Part shown: piece after piece, positions 49,701 through 63,200 of the stretch
How positions within the stretch are numbered: the first letter of the stretch is position 1
Layout of the letters: every line of letters begins with the position of its first letter
Notes under the pieces: model-generated
What the model was told of the DNA's origin: nothing
Seen by the model: only the letters and a program-made list of their open reading frames with translations
Database searches by the model: none
From: Octopus vulgaris
Taxonomy: Eukaryota
Assembly: GCA_951406725.2 (NCBI GenBank)
Contig: OX597816.1
Coordinates: forward strand, 6,882,001-6,946,000
Direction: 5' to 3'
Length of the DNA: 64,000 bases
Translations under genes and position numbers: made by a program

Positions 49701-52700
49701 TCAAGTCTAGCAGTTCCTCCTTGACTCTCTAAATACACCTGTTCTTCATACAGGATATCGGGGCTGCAAAGAATACAGGTGAGATTGAAGTGAAAAAGAA
49801 AATTGTCAAGACAAACAATATTTCTATGATTTCCTATTAATATTTTAGATTTCCTAAAAACAAACACAGACTCAGAAACGTAAAATAATTTACAGTATTC
49901 GTTGTGTTGTTTACACATTCTAAGAACAATTCCCACCAAAAGACAATTCCGTCTTCTGTTTACCTCAAGACTTATGCTACAATTGATTCAATTAGATGCA
50001 CCTCATGTCTACAAATTTGTGACCAGTGCCAATGGGAAAAGAAAAAAAAACCTATGTCAGTAAAGATGCTAAAAGTTGCTCCATAGAGCAGCAGCTTCTT
50101 GTATAACTATATTCTAACTTTAAACAGGTAAATACAAATTCTTAAGTTGCAATATGTGTGTGTGTGTGTGTAACAATGTAATCCTCAATTCTGTTTTTCT
50201 CATTTAGCTTAACTCTTTTGCTACTAACCCACCTAAAACCGCCCCTGGTTCTCATCATCATCATCATCATCATTTAGCGTCCGTTTTCCATGCTAGCATG
50301 GGTTGGACGGTTCTGCTGGGGTCTGTGAAGCCAGAAGGCTTCATCAGGCCCAGTCAAATCTGGCAGTGTTTCTACGGCTGGATGCCCTTCCTAACGCCAA
50401 CCACTCCGTGAGTGTAGTGGGTGCTTTTTACGTGCCACCCGCACTGGTGCCAGCCAGAGCTGGCAAACGGCCACGAACGGATGGTGTTTTTTATGTGCCA
50501 CCGGCACGAGGGCCAGGCGAGGCTGGCAACGAACACGAAACGGGGCGGTGCTGGCAACGGTCGCGAAACGGAAGGTTCTCTTACATGCCACCGGCACTGG
50601 TAACACATCTGCAATTTCCATTGATCGATTTCCATTGATCGATTTCGATTCTGATCCTCACTTGCCTCAATGGGTCTTCACAAGCAGAGTTTCGACATGC
50701 CACCGGCACTGGTAGCACATCCGCAATTTCCATTGATCGATTTCGATTCTGATCCTCACTTGCCTCAACACGTCTTCACAAGTAGAGTTTTGTGTCCCAA
50801 GAAGGGAAGGTATGCATACGTAGGCTGGCTCCATCCCATGTAGAAGGCCACGGGTTGTGGACTCACTTGTCCTGCCGGGTCTTCTCGCGCACAGCACACT
50901 TCCAGAGGTCTCGGTCTCTAGTCATTTCCTCGGTGAGACCTAAAGTTCGAAGGTCGTGCTTCACCACCTCGTCCCAGGTTTTCCTGGGTCTGCCTCTTCC
51001 ACAGGTTCCCTCAACCGCTAGGGTGTGGCACTTTTTCACACAACTATCTTCATCCATTCTCGCCACATGACCATACCAGCGCAAACGTCTCTCTTGCACA
51101 CCACAACTGATGCTTCTTAGGTCCAGCTTTTCTCTCAAGGTACTTACACTCTGCCGAGTGTGAGTACTGGCATTACACATCCATCGGAGCATACTGGCTT
51201 CATTTCTAGCGAGCTTACGCATATCCTCAGCAGTCACGGCCCATGTTTCACTGCCATGTAGCATGGCTGTTCGTACACACGCATCATACAGTCTGCCTTT
51301 CACTCTGTGCGAGAGGCCTTTTGTCACCAGCAGAGGTAAGAGCTCTCTGAACTTTGCCCAAGCTATTCTTACTCTAGCAGTTACACTTTCAGCACACCCG
51401 CCCCCGCTGCTGACTTGGTCACCTAGGTAACGGAAACTATCAACTATTTCTAGTTTTTCTCCCTGGAAAGTGACAGAAGTTGGTCTCAGAGCATTTTCAG
51501 TGTTTATTGTTCCTGAGCATCTGCCACATACAAAAACCATCTTCCTAGTTAGCCTTCCTTTGACATTGCTGCATCTCTTATGTGTCCATAGCTTACACTT
51601 GGTGCATCTTATAGAGTTTCTACCTACACCTTTTCTACAGATCGAGCAGGGCCATCTACCTGAAGGTGTTTGTGATTTGTCTACCTTCCTACTGATTACG
51701 ACTTTGGTTTTAGCTAGATTGACTCTGAGGCCCTTCGATTCTAATCCTTGTTTCCACACCTGAAACTTCTCCTCCAGTTCTGATAGCGACTCAGCAATTA
51801 GAGCAAGGTCATCAGCATAGAGGAGCTCCCAAGGGCATCCTGTCTTGAATTCCTCCGTTATTGCCTGGAGGACTATGATAAATAGGAGGGGGCTGAGTAC
51901 TGAGCCTTGGTGGACCCCTACCTCTACCCGGAATTCTTCACTGTACTCATTTCCAACCCTCACCCTACTAGCGGCGTCCCTATACATGGCCCGCACAGCT
52001 CTCACTAACCATTCATCTATCCCTAGTTTTCTCATTGCCCACCAGATAAGGGATCGGGGGACCCTGTCGAAGGCTTTCTCCATGTCAACAAAAGCCAGGT
52101 ACAGGGGCTTATCTTTGGCTAGGTATTTCTCCTGCAGCTGCCTTACCAGGAATATAGCATCAGTAGTACTTTTCCCTGGCACAAACCCAAACTGCATCTC
52201 ATCTAAACTAACTCTCTCTCTAATTAGTTGGGCTATGACCCTCTCCGTAACCTTCATCACCTGGTCCAACAGCTTGATACCTCTGTAGTTGTTTGTATCT
52301 AGGGCATCACCTTTACCTTTGTAGCAGTTGACTATTATACTGCTACACCAGTCATTGGGTATGACCCCTTTGTGTATCACCTGATTAACTATATGGGTGA
52401 CTAGGCTATAGCCGACACTACCAGACATTTTGAGCATCTCTGCAGTGATTCCTGATGGGCCTGGGGCTCTCCCTGTCTTCATGCTTCTAATTGCCTTAGC
52501 TACCACAGAACTATCAACTCGGATAGCTGGTCCCTCTGTTGGGTCAACATTCGGCAGACTCTCTTTATCCCATTCATTTTCTTCATTCAGCAACCTTTCA
52601 TAGTGGCATCTCCAAACCTCTCTCTTTGCATCCTCATTTAGCGCAAGTGAACCATCTTCCATGCGAACACACTTCTCTCCTACCACATCACGATTCTCTC

Positions 52701-55700
52701 TCACACACTGTCTTGCAACACGAAACACCTCCAGTCTTTGGTCCTCACGGCGCAGAACATTGGCAAATTTTTTCTTATCTGCTTCCCCTCTGGCTAAATA
52801 AACCTGTCTCCTAGCTTCTCTTTTGGCAGTCTGATACAATTCCCTGCTACCCCCATTTTTCCAGACCTTCCAAGCCTGTCTCTTTTCTCTAATAGCCCTG
52901 TCTACAATATTGTTCCACCACCACGTTATTCTAGGTCGAGAGGGGACTTTGCACCAGCCACAGATCTGGTCAGTGGCTCTCAGCAGGTTGTCCCTTAGAA
53001 ACGTCCAGCTGTCTTCTACCCCCTGTGATGCTCTATCCCCTTCTACTTCGTCAGAGGCTTCAAGTAATATGTCCCTAAATCTCTGTCCATTTGCAGGATC
53101 TTTAAGCTTCCAGATCCTTCTTCTCCATATTTGTCGTCTTCTGGTTGTCCTCCTAGTCCTGATCCTAAAGTCACTAACTACCAGTCTATGTTGTGGGGTA
53201 CATTCTTCACCTGGGAAGGTTTTGGCATTTATAAGCAGCCATCTCTCCCTTTGCCTTGTAAGGATGTAGTCAATTTGGCTGGTATGTTGGCCCGATTGGT
53301 AAGTGACTAGGTGGCTGGTAGGTTTCCTGAAGTTAGTGTTGCAAATCATAAGATTATTTGCATCGCAGAACTCCAGCAGCCTGGTTCCCTCCTCGTTGCG
53401 GGAGCCATAGCCGTAGCCTCCATGTACGCCATGGAAGCCCCCAGCATGTCGTCCAACGTGACCATTGAAGTCACCAGCCACAAAGATAAGGTCTCTGTCG
53501 TTCGTCAATGAGGTAGTCTGCAGTAGAGTGTCATAGAATCGGTCTTTCTGTCCATCGGGTAGCCCCGACTGAGGAGCATAGGCTGATATAATGGTTGCTA
53601 AACTATGATGAAGCACTAATCTAATCTTAAGTATTCTGTCACTTACTCTGATTACCTCAATTACGAATTCAAACTTCCTAGATTGATCTGAATTAGAACC
53701 AACCATCAAAATTTCATGCTTTTTACTTTCTGTTTTGTTTTAGATAGTTTAATAATGAAAAGGTTATTTTTCCTAAATTCTTCATTATTTTTTCAAAATT
53801 AACTGATCAAAGACGGCACATTTCAACAGAATCATGGTAACAAAATGGCTAAACAAATACAAATTCCACTTTCTATAGAGAAGATAAGGAGGAATTATTT
53901 GAATTTAGAAATCTTTTACATTAAATTTGATGATTGTTTTGACAAATCCGCATAGTTCTAACAAACAGAAAAAAAAAAAGGTTTATATTTTTAAGGGTTA
54001 CGGATGAGCAAGATGAGATGGTGCCAACTTATTGGATGCAGGACACTAGTCATTACAAGAAACTTATCACTTGGCTGGATCAATCCAAGATGCAGCAGTG
54101 ACAAACATTTTATTAGTCTGGAGTAGAGAGTTCAAATTTCTGAGATGGTTTCTAGCAGACTAACCTGGCCAACTTAGATATATTACAAGAATAACAAGAC
54201 ATTATTCGGTGCTTCTTTGACCCTGGAAGCATTTGGATGAAGCCATTCTGTTTTAGGCTTTCTGATGTCAGTTGATGAAGGAATAAATAAAAATCAGAGA
54301 ATCAAAAGCCTTACTTTTCACAGCAGACATCATTTGTATCTTAAATCTAATCTGCTTCCAAAATAATTAATAGTGACTGAAGCAGTGTTAATATGAAAAG
54401 GTAATCTTAATCTCCAACTTTATGTGGTGGCTGGATTAGAACAAAGATTACTGCTTTATTTACCATGTTAGAATCTCTCATACACGGGGTATAAAAGCAC
54501 TCAAAATTATATCATTAACAGACGAGAGAATCATCAGCTACAATTGCTAAAACAGCCAGAGCACATGATTTCACCCTGCTATGGATTCATCAGTAACAGA
54601 CATCCAGCAGTGCAATAAGAGCCGAATCTCTTATCAACAATGTACAGAATCTCGGAATCTATTCAGGTACTGGGGTCGGAAATAACCAAAATCTTCTTCC
54701 AGTTATTATAGTAAAATAAAATATAAAAAACAAAAGAGATAGAGATACAGGTGATAACTAATTACCTGGATAAGTGTTCCTTTCTACCACAGAGCAGCAT
54801 GGCTTTTACAGCAGTCCAATTTTCAAGAATTTTTTCCAAAGCTTGTCTACTGAAGCGTGGTGGCTCTAAATCATGTTCTGGCATTTCAATATCAGCTACA
54901 CCATTCACATTATTGAAATAGAAATACAAATAAGTTCAAATAATGACAACAAGAAAGAAACCAAAAATAATCCAGATAATACAAAGTCAGAAGATAGAAA
55001 AGACACTAACCAATCTCAGAGACGGGATTTTTTCTAGGACCTCCCATTCTAGCTCTTGGGGGTCGGCAAGATCGCTGTTCAATCAGTTGGCGTCCAACTG
55101 TTTGGACAAGAAACAGCAGAATGTTCTCTCCTCTGCAAATAAAGAGTTACATTAAATAAAGTCCTTCAGCATAACTACAAAAATCAAAAATAAAGAATTT
55201 AACACGAACAAAGAAATATTCTATAAGTAAGATAATTATTTAAAATTTAATAAAAGGAATATTTAAAAATTATTGAAAATCTAATAAAAGGAATATTTAA
55301 TAAAAATTATTGAAAATTTAATAAAATTCCAGGAACGGAAGTGTATTTACCTGCTGTTTGGTAGAGTCACTAATTCAGTTTCTGATAGAAGTCGGTTTAA
55401 CAATTCAAGTCGTGCAGTTGGGTTGCCAGCAATCAAAGCTTTACATTTACATTTTTCCCAACAATCACAGTATGCAGTTGGCGAAGTTCGCTTCAGTCTT
55501 AAATAGAAAAATAATGGCAGTGCTTAAAGGTCAAAATTATAATAGAAAACAGAAAAACAAAATATTGATTATGCGCAGGAATGGCTGTGTGGTAAGTAGC
55601 TTGCTTACCAACCACATGGTTCCGGGTTCATTCCCACTGCATGGCACCTTGGGCTAGTGTATTCTACTATAGCCACGGGCCGACCACATTAGGGGACACA

Positions 55701-58700
55701 CTAGAAACGTATCTGTAGAAAACTCATTATTATTTATTCAAGTGACTTAAGCTATTTTTTGCGCTTAGGTTAATTTTTATCCTATGTATGAACAATAATA
55801 GTATATATGTTAGAGGTAACTTTTCTAGAAAACATCATCGTTTAACATCCACTTTCCATGCTAGCATGGGTTGGACGATTTGACTGAGGTCTGGCGAACC
55901 AGACTCCAATCTGATCTGGCAGAGTTTCTACAGCTGGATGCCCTTCCTAATGCCAAGCTGTAGTCTTTGGTGACATGATAATGCAATTCATCATCATCAT
56001 TTAGCGTCCGCTTTCCATGCTAGCATGGGTTGGACGGTTCAAATGGGGTCTGGGAAGCCAGAAGGCTGCAAGGCCCAGTCTGATCTGGCAGTGTTTCTAC
56101 GGCTGGATGCCCTTCCTAACGCCAACCACTCCGTGCGTGTAGTGGGCGCTTTTTACGTGCCAGACAGAGCTGGCAAACGGCCACGGACAGATGGTGCTTT
56201 TTACGTTCCACCGGCACAGGGGCTAGGTGAGGCTGGCATCAGCCATTAAAAAATTAAAAACAAAACCCAAAAAGGCCCAGTTTTCAAACAGTATTTCATC
56301 AGATAGAAAATGGAATCTGCGCAATTTCACTTACTTGCAATCGTGTCCTTTGTGACATACACGAGCACACTCAGTGCAACAACATAGGGAGCCAACGAGA
56401 CCACAGGTTCGACATTCAAATATATCCTGAAAACATTTGGAAGGGACATTGTAGTCACAACATGATTTATTATGGTCAAAAGGAAGCGGGAGGGGAAAAA
56501 AATCTTAGAAACTGTCCAGAATTTTTATCAATAATGAGAATTTGAGGGATTGCTGAAGTAAACCTGTAAACACCTAACATCTAACCCCTTTCACATATTC
56601 AGCAAACCCACTTACTGCTTTCAACTTTCTCATCTCCCCCATTACACAAAATATTTGCCACTGATCATTCCCCCTCCCCCGTTTGTCATTCAGGGTATCA
56701 CCTACACCTTTACTCCTCTGTTGGTCTCGTCACCCAATCCTCTGTTCCCACCCCACCTCGCATTCATCCTCTTGTACATTGAGGACACACCCTGACATGA
56801 TCTCTTCCCCACCAGATTTTCTCTAGCTGGGGTAGCCAGATATCTCCTTTACAACAGACATCTTATTTCTTTATTGCCCACAAGGGGCTAAACATAAAGG
56901 GGACAAACAAGGACAGACAAAGGGATTAAGTTGATTACATCGACCCCACTGGTACTTAATTTATCGACTCCGAAAGGATGAAAGGCAAAGTTGACCTCGG
57001 TGGAATTTGAACTCAGAACATAAAGACAGATGAAATACTAAGCATTTCACCCGGCGTGCTAACGATTCTGCCAGCTCGCCGCCTTAATGTCTACAACAGA
57101 CATCTGTTCCAATCCCTCCGTCACATTCTTGCCACTCAGCACTAGCTACAAAGCCATTTCCCCTTCAATGCTGCACTCTCTCAATCAAGGAACCTTCTAT
57201 TATTGTTGTATTTTGGGTACTACGACAGCCATGCTCCCATTTCCCCTCATTGATAACCATTTGATCATCACCATCATCATTTAACCATCCATGCTGACAT
57301 GGGTCATTGTTCACATAAAAATCTTCCTCATTTACTTGTAACTATAATCACACGAACAACAAAAAAGCCTGGATGAGAAGATTACGGCCACAAATGGTGA
57401 CCAATATTAGTGATTAATTAAATTGAAGGGATTAAAGAAATTCAAATGGGAATTGTCACCATTACCACTATTAAATTTTCTAGGTCAAATGAATATTATT
57501 ATATATCATGTGATCAACCAAACTATCGAATGTTATACATCACTGGTCACAATACGCTTTGCATCATTTTAACTTTCAAATGATGGCACCCTGCTGGCTC
57601 AGCTAGCAGACCCAACATTGCCCCTAATCGGAAGGCTATTCCATCACAGTGTTATCCATTCACAGCTGAGTGGACTGGAGCAACATGAAATGAAGTGTTT
57701 TGCTCAAGAATACAATGTGCAGCCAGTCTGGAAATTGAAATCATGATCTCATGAATGTGAATGCAACACACCTAACCACTAGGCCATGCACTTTCACATG
57801 GTCATCATCAGTTAACATTCATTTTCTAAGCTGGCATGGGCTGAACAGCTTGACAGGAGCTGGTACGGCCAGGGCCTGCATCAGATTCCAGTGCTTGTTT
57901 TTGGCTTGGCTTCTACAGCTGGATGCCCTTCTTAACGCCAACCACTCCGTGAGTGTAGTGGGTGCTTTTTACGTGCCACCATCACAGGTGCTAGGTGAGG
58001 CTGGCTGTGGCCACAATCGGTTGGTGCTTTTTACGTGCCACTGGCACGGAAACCAGTCATGGCGGCATTGGCATCAGTCACGTCCGGATGGTGCTTTTTA
58101 CATGCCACCGGCACAGGTATCACAACTACAATTTCCATTTCATGGATATGAAATGTCTAATGTCAGATGTTACACCAATAAATAGTTTTGAAATCCCACC
58201 ATGACTTTACAGAGACACTGTATATAAAAGTGGCAGGAGGGTCGATTATCATGACTACTGAAGTAAATTTATGTAAATGATTAGGTTTGTTAGGAAGAAA
58301 ATATGTAAATTATATTATAAAATATGTAAAGTTATTACATAACCCCCGGCTCACTGAAACAGACCCAGAAAAGTTATAATAGAAATAAGAGAATGATATA
58401 AATATTTACTTGATTAATATGTTCTGCACCGGTCCATGTGAAACTACATGTGTCATTACAACATAACACATGGAGAGGAGAATTGTCTAGGCTTGATCCA
58501 GTAGGATATAACATTGTCATAAGCACATTTTTGTCAACTTCTTTGTCTTTCAAGGCCACTTTTTTAGCAATATCCATAAGTAAAAGTGCAGCAGAATAGG
58601 CCCGACCACATACGGCTTGCATGAATGGTGTACAGCCTTCAGCATTTCTAAAAGAGAAGCAAAAATATTTTGGATATGAAGATTATGTATATCTAAAACA

Positions 58701-60444
58701 AAACAAAAAGAGATTATTTAAATAAGACATCTTAAGTAAATTTGGGAACAGTTTTGTATTGGGAGAAGATCTTTTAGAAGGGAAACACATCAGCAACAAA
58801 ACCAGCAAAGAAATGTTCTCGGTGATTGTGTGGGAACCTAGCGAGAGAGTGGCAACTATGAAAGGTTGTCAAAGAGAAAGCAGAAGGAAAAAGGAGCAGT
58901 TCAAATAGAACCAAGAGAGAAATCAGTCACGGAGTTTAGCCTGATGATGAATGATGATGGATGATGATGCTAATAATAATAATAATGTGAATAGAGACAA
59001 GGAAAGTCGCTCAGTTATTAAATACTGGTTGCTGTGAGGTTTTATTCTTTTATTTGTCATTTGACTATGGCCATGCTGGAGTACCGCCTTTCAGTCAAAC
59101 AAATTGACCCCAGGACATATTCTTTGTAAGCTTAGTACTTATTCTATTAGTTTTTTTTTTTGCTTTGCTAACCGCTAAGGGGACGTAAACACACCAACAT
59201 CGGCTGTCAAGTGATAGTGGGGTGGGAGACAAACACAGATAGACACCCACCCACACAATGGGCTTCTTTCAGTTTCCATTTACCAAATCTATTCACAAGA
59301 CTTTAGTTGGCCTGAGGCTATAGTAGAAAACACTAGCCCAAGGTCCTACACAGTGGGACTGCATCCAGAACCATGTGGTTAGTATACAAGCTATTTACCA
59401 CACAGCCAATATATAAGTTTTTTGCTGAGTTAATGAAGTCAAGAAGGTCCCAACCTTAATGATATAACAGTGGAATTATCAAATATTCATTATTTAATAT
59501 CCGTTTTCCCTGCTGGTATGGGTTGGATGGCTTGACAGGCGCTGGCAAGACCTTGGGCTGCACCAGGTTCCATTGTTTTGCCATGGTCTCTACAGTTGGA
59601 AGCCCTTCCTAACTTCAACCACTTTACAGGGTACTGGGGTATTATTTACATAGCACCAGTACTTTTTATGCATTAGATGAAATGTGGTCGGAGGGAAAAG
59701 GTTGACAGAGCAGAGCCCCGCATGGGCAAACATTACCAAGGTGGTTTTAGAGTACCACAGCTAGCATAAAGATTTTACTCTACAAGACCTTCGTATCCAT
59801 TCAATGTTTTAAAAAATCCTATTATATCATCATCATCGTCGTCGTCGTTTAACGTCCGCTTTCCATGCTAGCATGGGTTGGACAATTTTGACTGAGGGCT
59901 GACGAACCAGACGGCCGCACTAGGCTCCAATCTTGATTTGGCAGATTTCCTACAGCTGGATGCCCTTCCTAACGCCAACAACCCCGAGAGTGTAGTGGGT
60001 GCTTTTTACGTGCCACCGGCACGGGGGACAGTCAGGCGACGTTGGTAATGATCACGCTCAAATGGTGCCCTTTTACGTGCCACGGCACAGGGGCCAGCCA
60101 GGCGGACCTGGCAATGACCTCGCTCCAATCCTTTTACACATGCCACCGGCACAGGTGCCAGTAAGGCGACATTAGTAGCGATTGCGCTCAAATGGTGCCC
60201 TTTTACGTGCCACGGCACGGGGCCCAGTCAGGCGGTACTGGCAACGACCTAATTATTATTAGGAATTGTATTAAAATAGTTGCAAAAATATTTTGTGTAT
60301 TGTAAAAGTATAGCCTATTTTTAGCTCTTATAGGGACCCCTGTTGAGAATCACTTGAGAACAGTTTATAAAGACCAACCACAGACAGCTGCCATTTACTA
60401 CGATTAATTTCCATCTTCTAATGATTGTGATTGTGTGTATGCAC

Positions 60445-60476
<32 letters not shown>

Positions 60477-63169
60477 TAAATGCTTATAAAGTGCAGAGCA
60501 CCAACAGGAAAAAGAGAGACTTACTTGGCAGAGAGAAGCTCCAACAGATGAGGTTGTAAAGCAGGGCTTTCGCACAGAAGCTTCAGGATTTGAAGTGCAT
60601 TGTATTTCCTATCTTTTTCTTCTAACTTAACAGGAGGCATTGATATTGTGCTATGTTCTTGAACATTGCCAATAGCAGTAGAAAAGCCACTTGATGATTG
60701 TCGAGATAAACTTGAACGTTCATTATCTGCAGAAATACCAGCAACAAAATAAAATCTTCAAATAAAGCACAACAAATTCAAATTTTTATCTACAACTGTT
60801 TTGTTATATTTCTAACTAAAATACACCTCCATGTCTTTCAATTAATTTACTACTTTAACCCTTTCATCACCACATTTCTTTTGAGATGCTCTGTGTTTCT
60901 TTCAATTAATTTTAAACATAAAGAATTTAGTTATCATTAAGCTAGTGTTAGGAACAGAAATTGTGACTAAGGTTTGGTGGAAGATTTTAAGTTAAAACTT
61001 ATGAAAACAAGACATTTGTAATACAGAGCCAAGGTGGTTTCAGCTGGGTCGGTATCAAAAGGGTTTAAAATATCATGGTGACCTTAACCCTTTTGTTGCC
61101 ATTATTCTGTTGAGATTCTCTGTGTTTCTTTCAATTAATTTTAAATATAACAAAGAATTTAGTAAAATAACTTAGTTGTCATTAAGCTAGTGTTAGGAAC
61201 ATAAATTGTGACTAAGATGGAAGATTTTAACTTAGAACTTATGAAGACAAGACATTTGTCCTCAGAGCCAGAGGCGGTTTCAGCCGGGTTGGTATCAAAA
61301 GAGTTAATAACAAAAATCCTTTTTACTATAAGCACAAGGACTGAAACTTTGGGGGTGAGGGGAACTAGTTGACTACATCGGCTCCAGGGCACAACTGGTA
61401 CTTATTTCATTGACCCCCAAAAGGATGAAAGGCAAACTAAGACCTCAGGAGAGTTTGAACTCAGAGCATCAACAGAGACAAAATGCATCTAAGCATTTTG
61501 ACCGGCATGCAAACAGTTCTGCCAATTTCAATCAGTTTGTTGTTCTTTATCATTTATTTAATATTTTATTTATTCAACTAGAAGGACAGAAAATAGGGAA
61601 AGAAAAAAAAAATTGGTACTTTGAGTGATAAGGGTGACTGATTAGGTTCATATCATTTAAAAAAAAAAAAAAAAAAGGATTGAGGTGAAAAGAAAATCTT
61701 TAATTTTCTGTTCCTTGTTTTCTCTTTCAGAAAATCATTAGAATCAGATGCTGTTCAGATACTAAAACCCATCCCAAAACATCAAACGTAACATGTTATG
61801 CTTCATCACTTCCCTTTTTATCTGCAGCATTTGAAAATTATTTAAATTCAGACTAGCTAAATCTGAAGCTCATATATAATTTTGTATTATTTTTTTTTTT
61901 TAAATTAAAACCCAGTTAGCCCAAAGCTGTAATTACTGTTACAAAAACTAAAGAACTTTTAAAATATTGTTGATTAATATTTCTACTGTAAAACTTTAAA
62001 ATTTTGACAATAATAATAGTTTAAGTACTTTAAAAAAAAAAAAAAAAAAAAAAGATACCAGCTACAAGTTATATCAGATTTATTTTTCTAAAAAATATAG
62101 CTAAAAACCCTGATTGTTAACCTTTAAAAAATAAAATGTTTGCCAAATTCCATGGAATTGGTAGTTAACTCCAGATTTACAGAATTAAAAAGATGGAGAA
62201 AACAATGAAGGATCCGGAATAAGCTTGAACAGAAAATACATCAGTTGGTGGTATAATACCTTCACCCTCTCAGCCAATTAACCTCTAATTTAATTGATTT
62301 TAATGGATTATTGTTTTCATCAATAGATCTACTGACTATCCTGGGCTAAGTGAGATAAAACATCATCATTTAACATCCGCTTTCCATGCTGGCATGGGTT
62401 GGATGGGATGATGACAACAGCTGGAAAGCCAGAGAGTTGCACCAGGCTCCAACTGTGTTCTGACATGGTTTCTATACAGCAGGATGCCCTTCCTAATGCC
62501 AACCACTTCGGAGAGTGCACAGAGGGCCTTAACATGGTGCCAGCATGGGTGCAAATTTTATGAGACACTAACAGGTGCTTTTTTACTGCAAACTGGTCAG
62601 AGCCTAGAAAGGATTGCGTTAACATCTTACCTGCTCTGAGAGCATCAAATCCTGGCGGATCTGTCGGCCAGCTTAGTGTAGGAATTGCAATAGAATCCGA
62701 TTCCCGTACATCAAGACCACTAACAGCACGAGCAGTTGTTGATGCTCTTCTCATCATCTCCCGGAGACTGACACTTTAAAATAGATACAAAAAGAAAATA
62801 ATTTTAATTAGGCAACTCACCAGAGAATATGTCTTTAAACATGAAAAACAAAAACAACAAATTGTCCACGGACAAAGAAACAAACATGACTGAAAACAAT
62901 ACCTCCACCTTCGCTAAGACAGAGGTAATAATAATAATTTTATTTATTTATTTATTTTTTTTTTTTACTTGTTTCAGTCATTTGACTGCCGCCATGCTGG
63001 AGCACCGCCTTTAGTCGAGCAAATCGACCCCGGGACTTATTCTTTGTAAGCCCAGTGCTTATTCTATCGGTCTCTTTTGCCGAACCGCTAAGTGACGGAG
63101 ACGTAAACACACCAGCGTCGGTTGTCAAGCAATGCTAGGGGACAAACACAGACACACAAACACACACAC

Positions 63170-63200
<31 letters not shown>

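Noticed and set aside
53663-53709. [15 protein letters not shown] as the native RTE N-terminus
   Set aside because: The sequence belongs to the flanking MITE and the endonuclease N-terminus is missing.
55011-55132. Suspected frameshift in a UBR5 exon at a G run
   Set aside because: Five Gs keep the frame ([14 protein letters not shown]) and the exon length fits the flanking phases.
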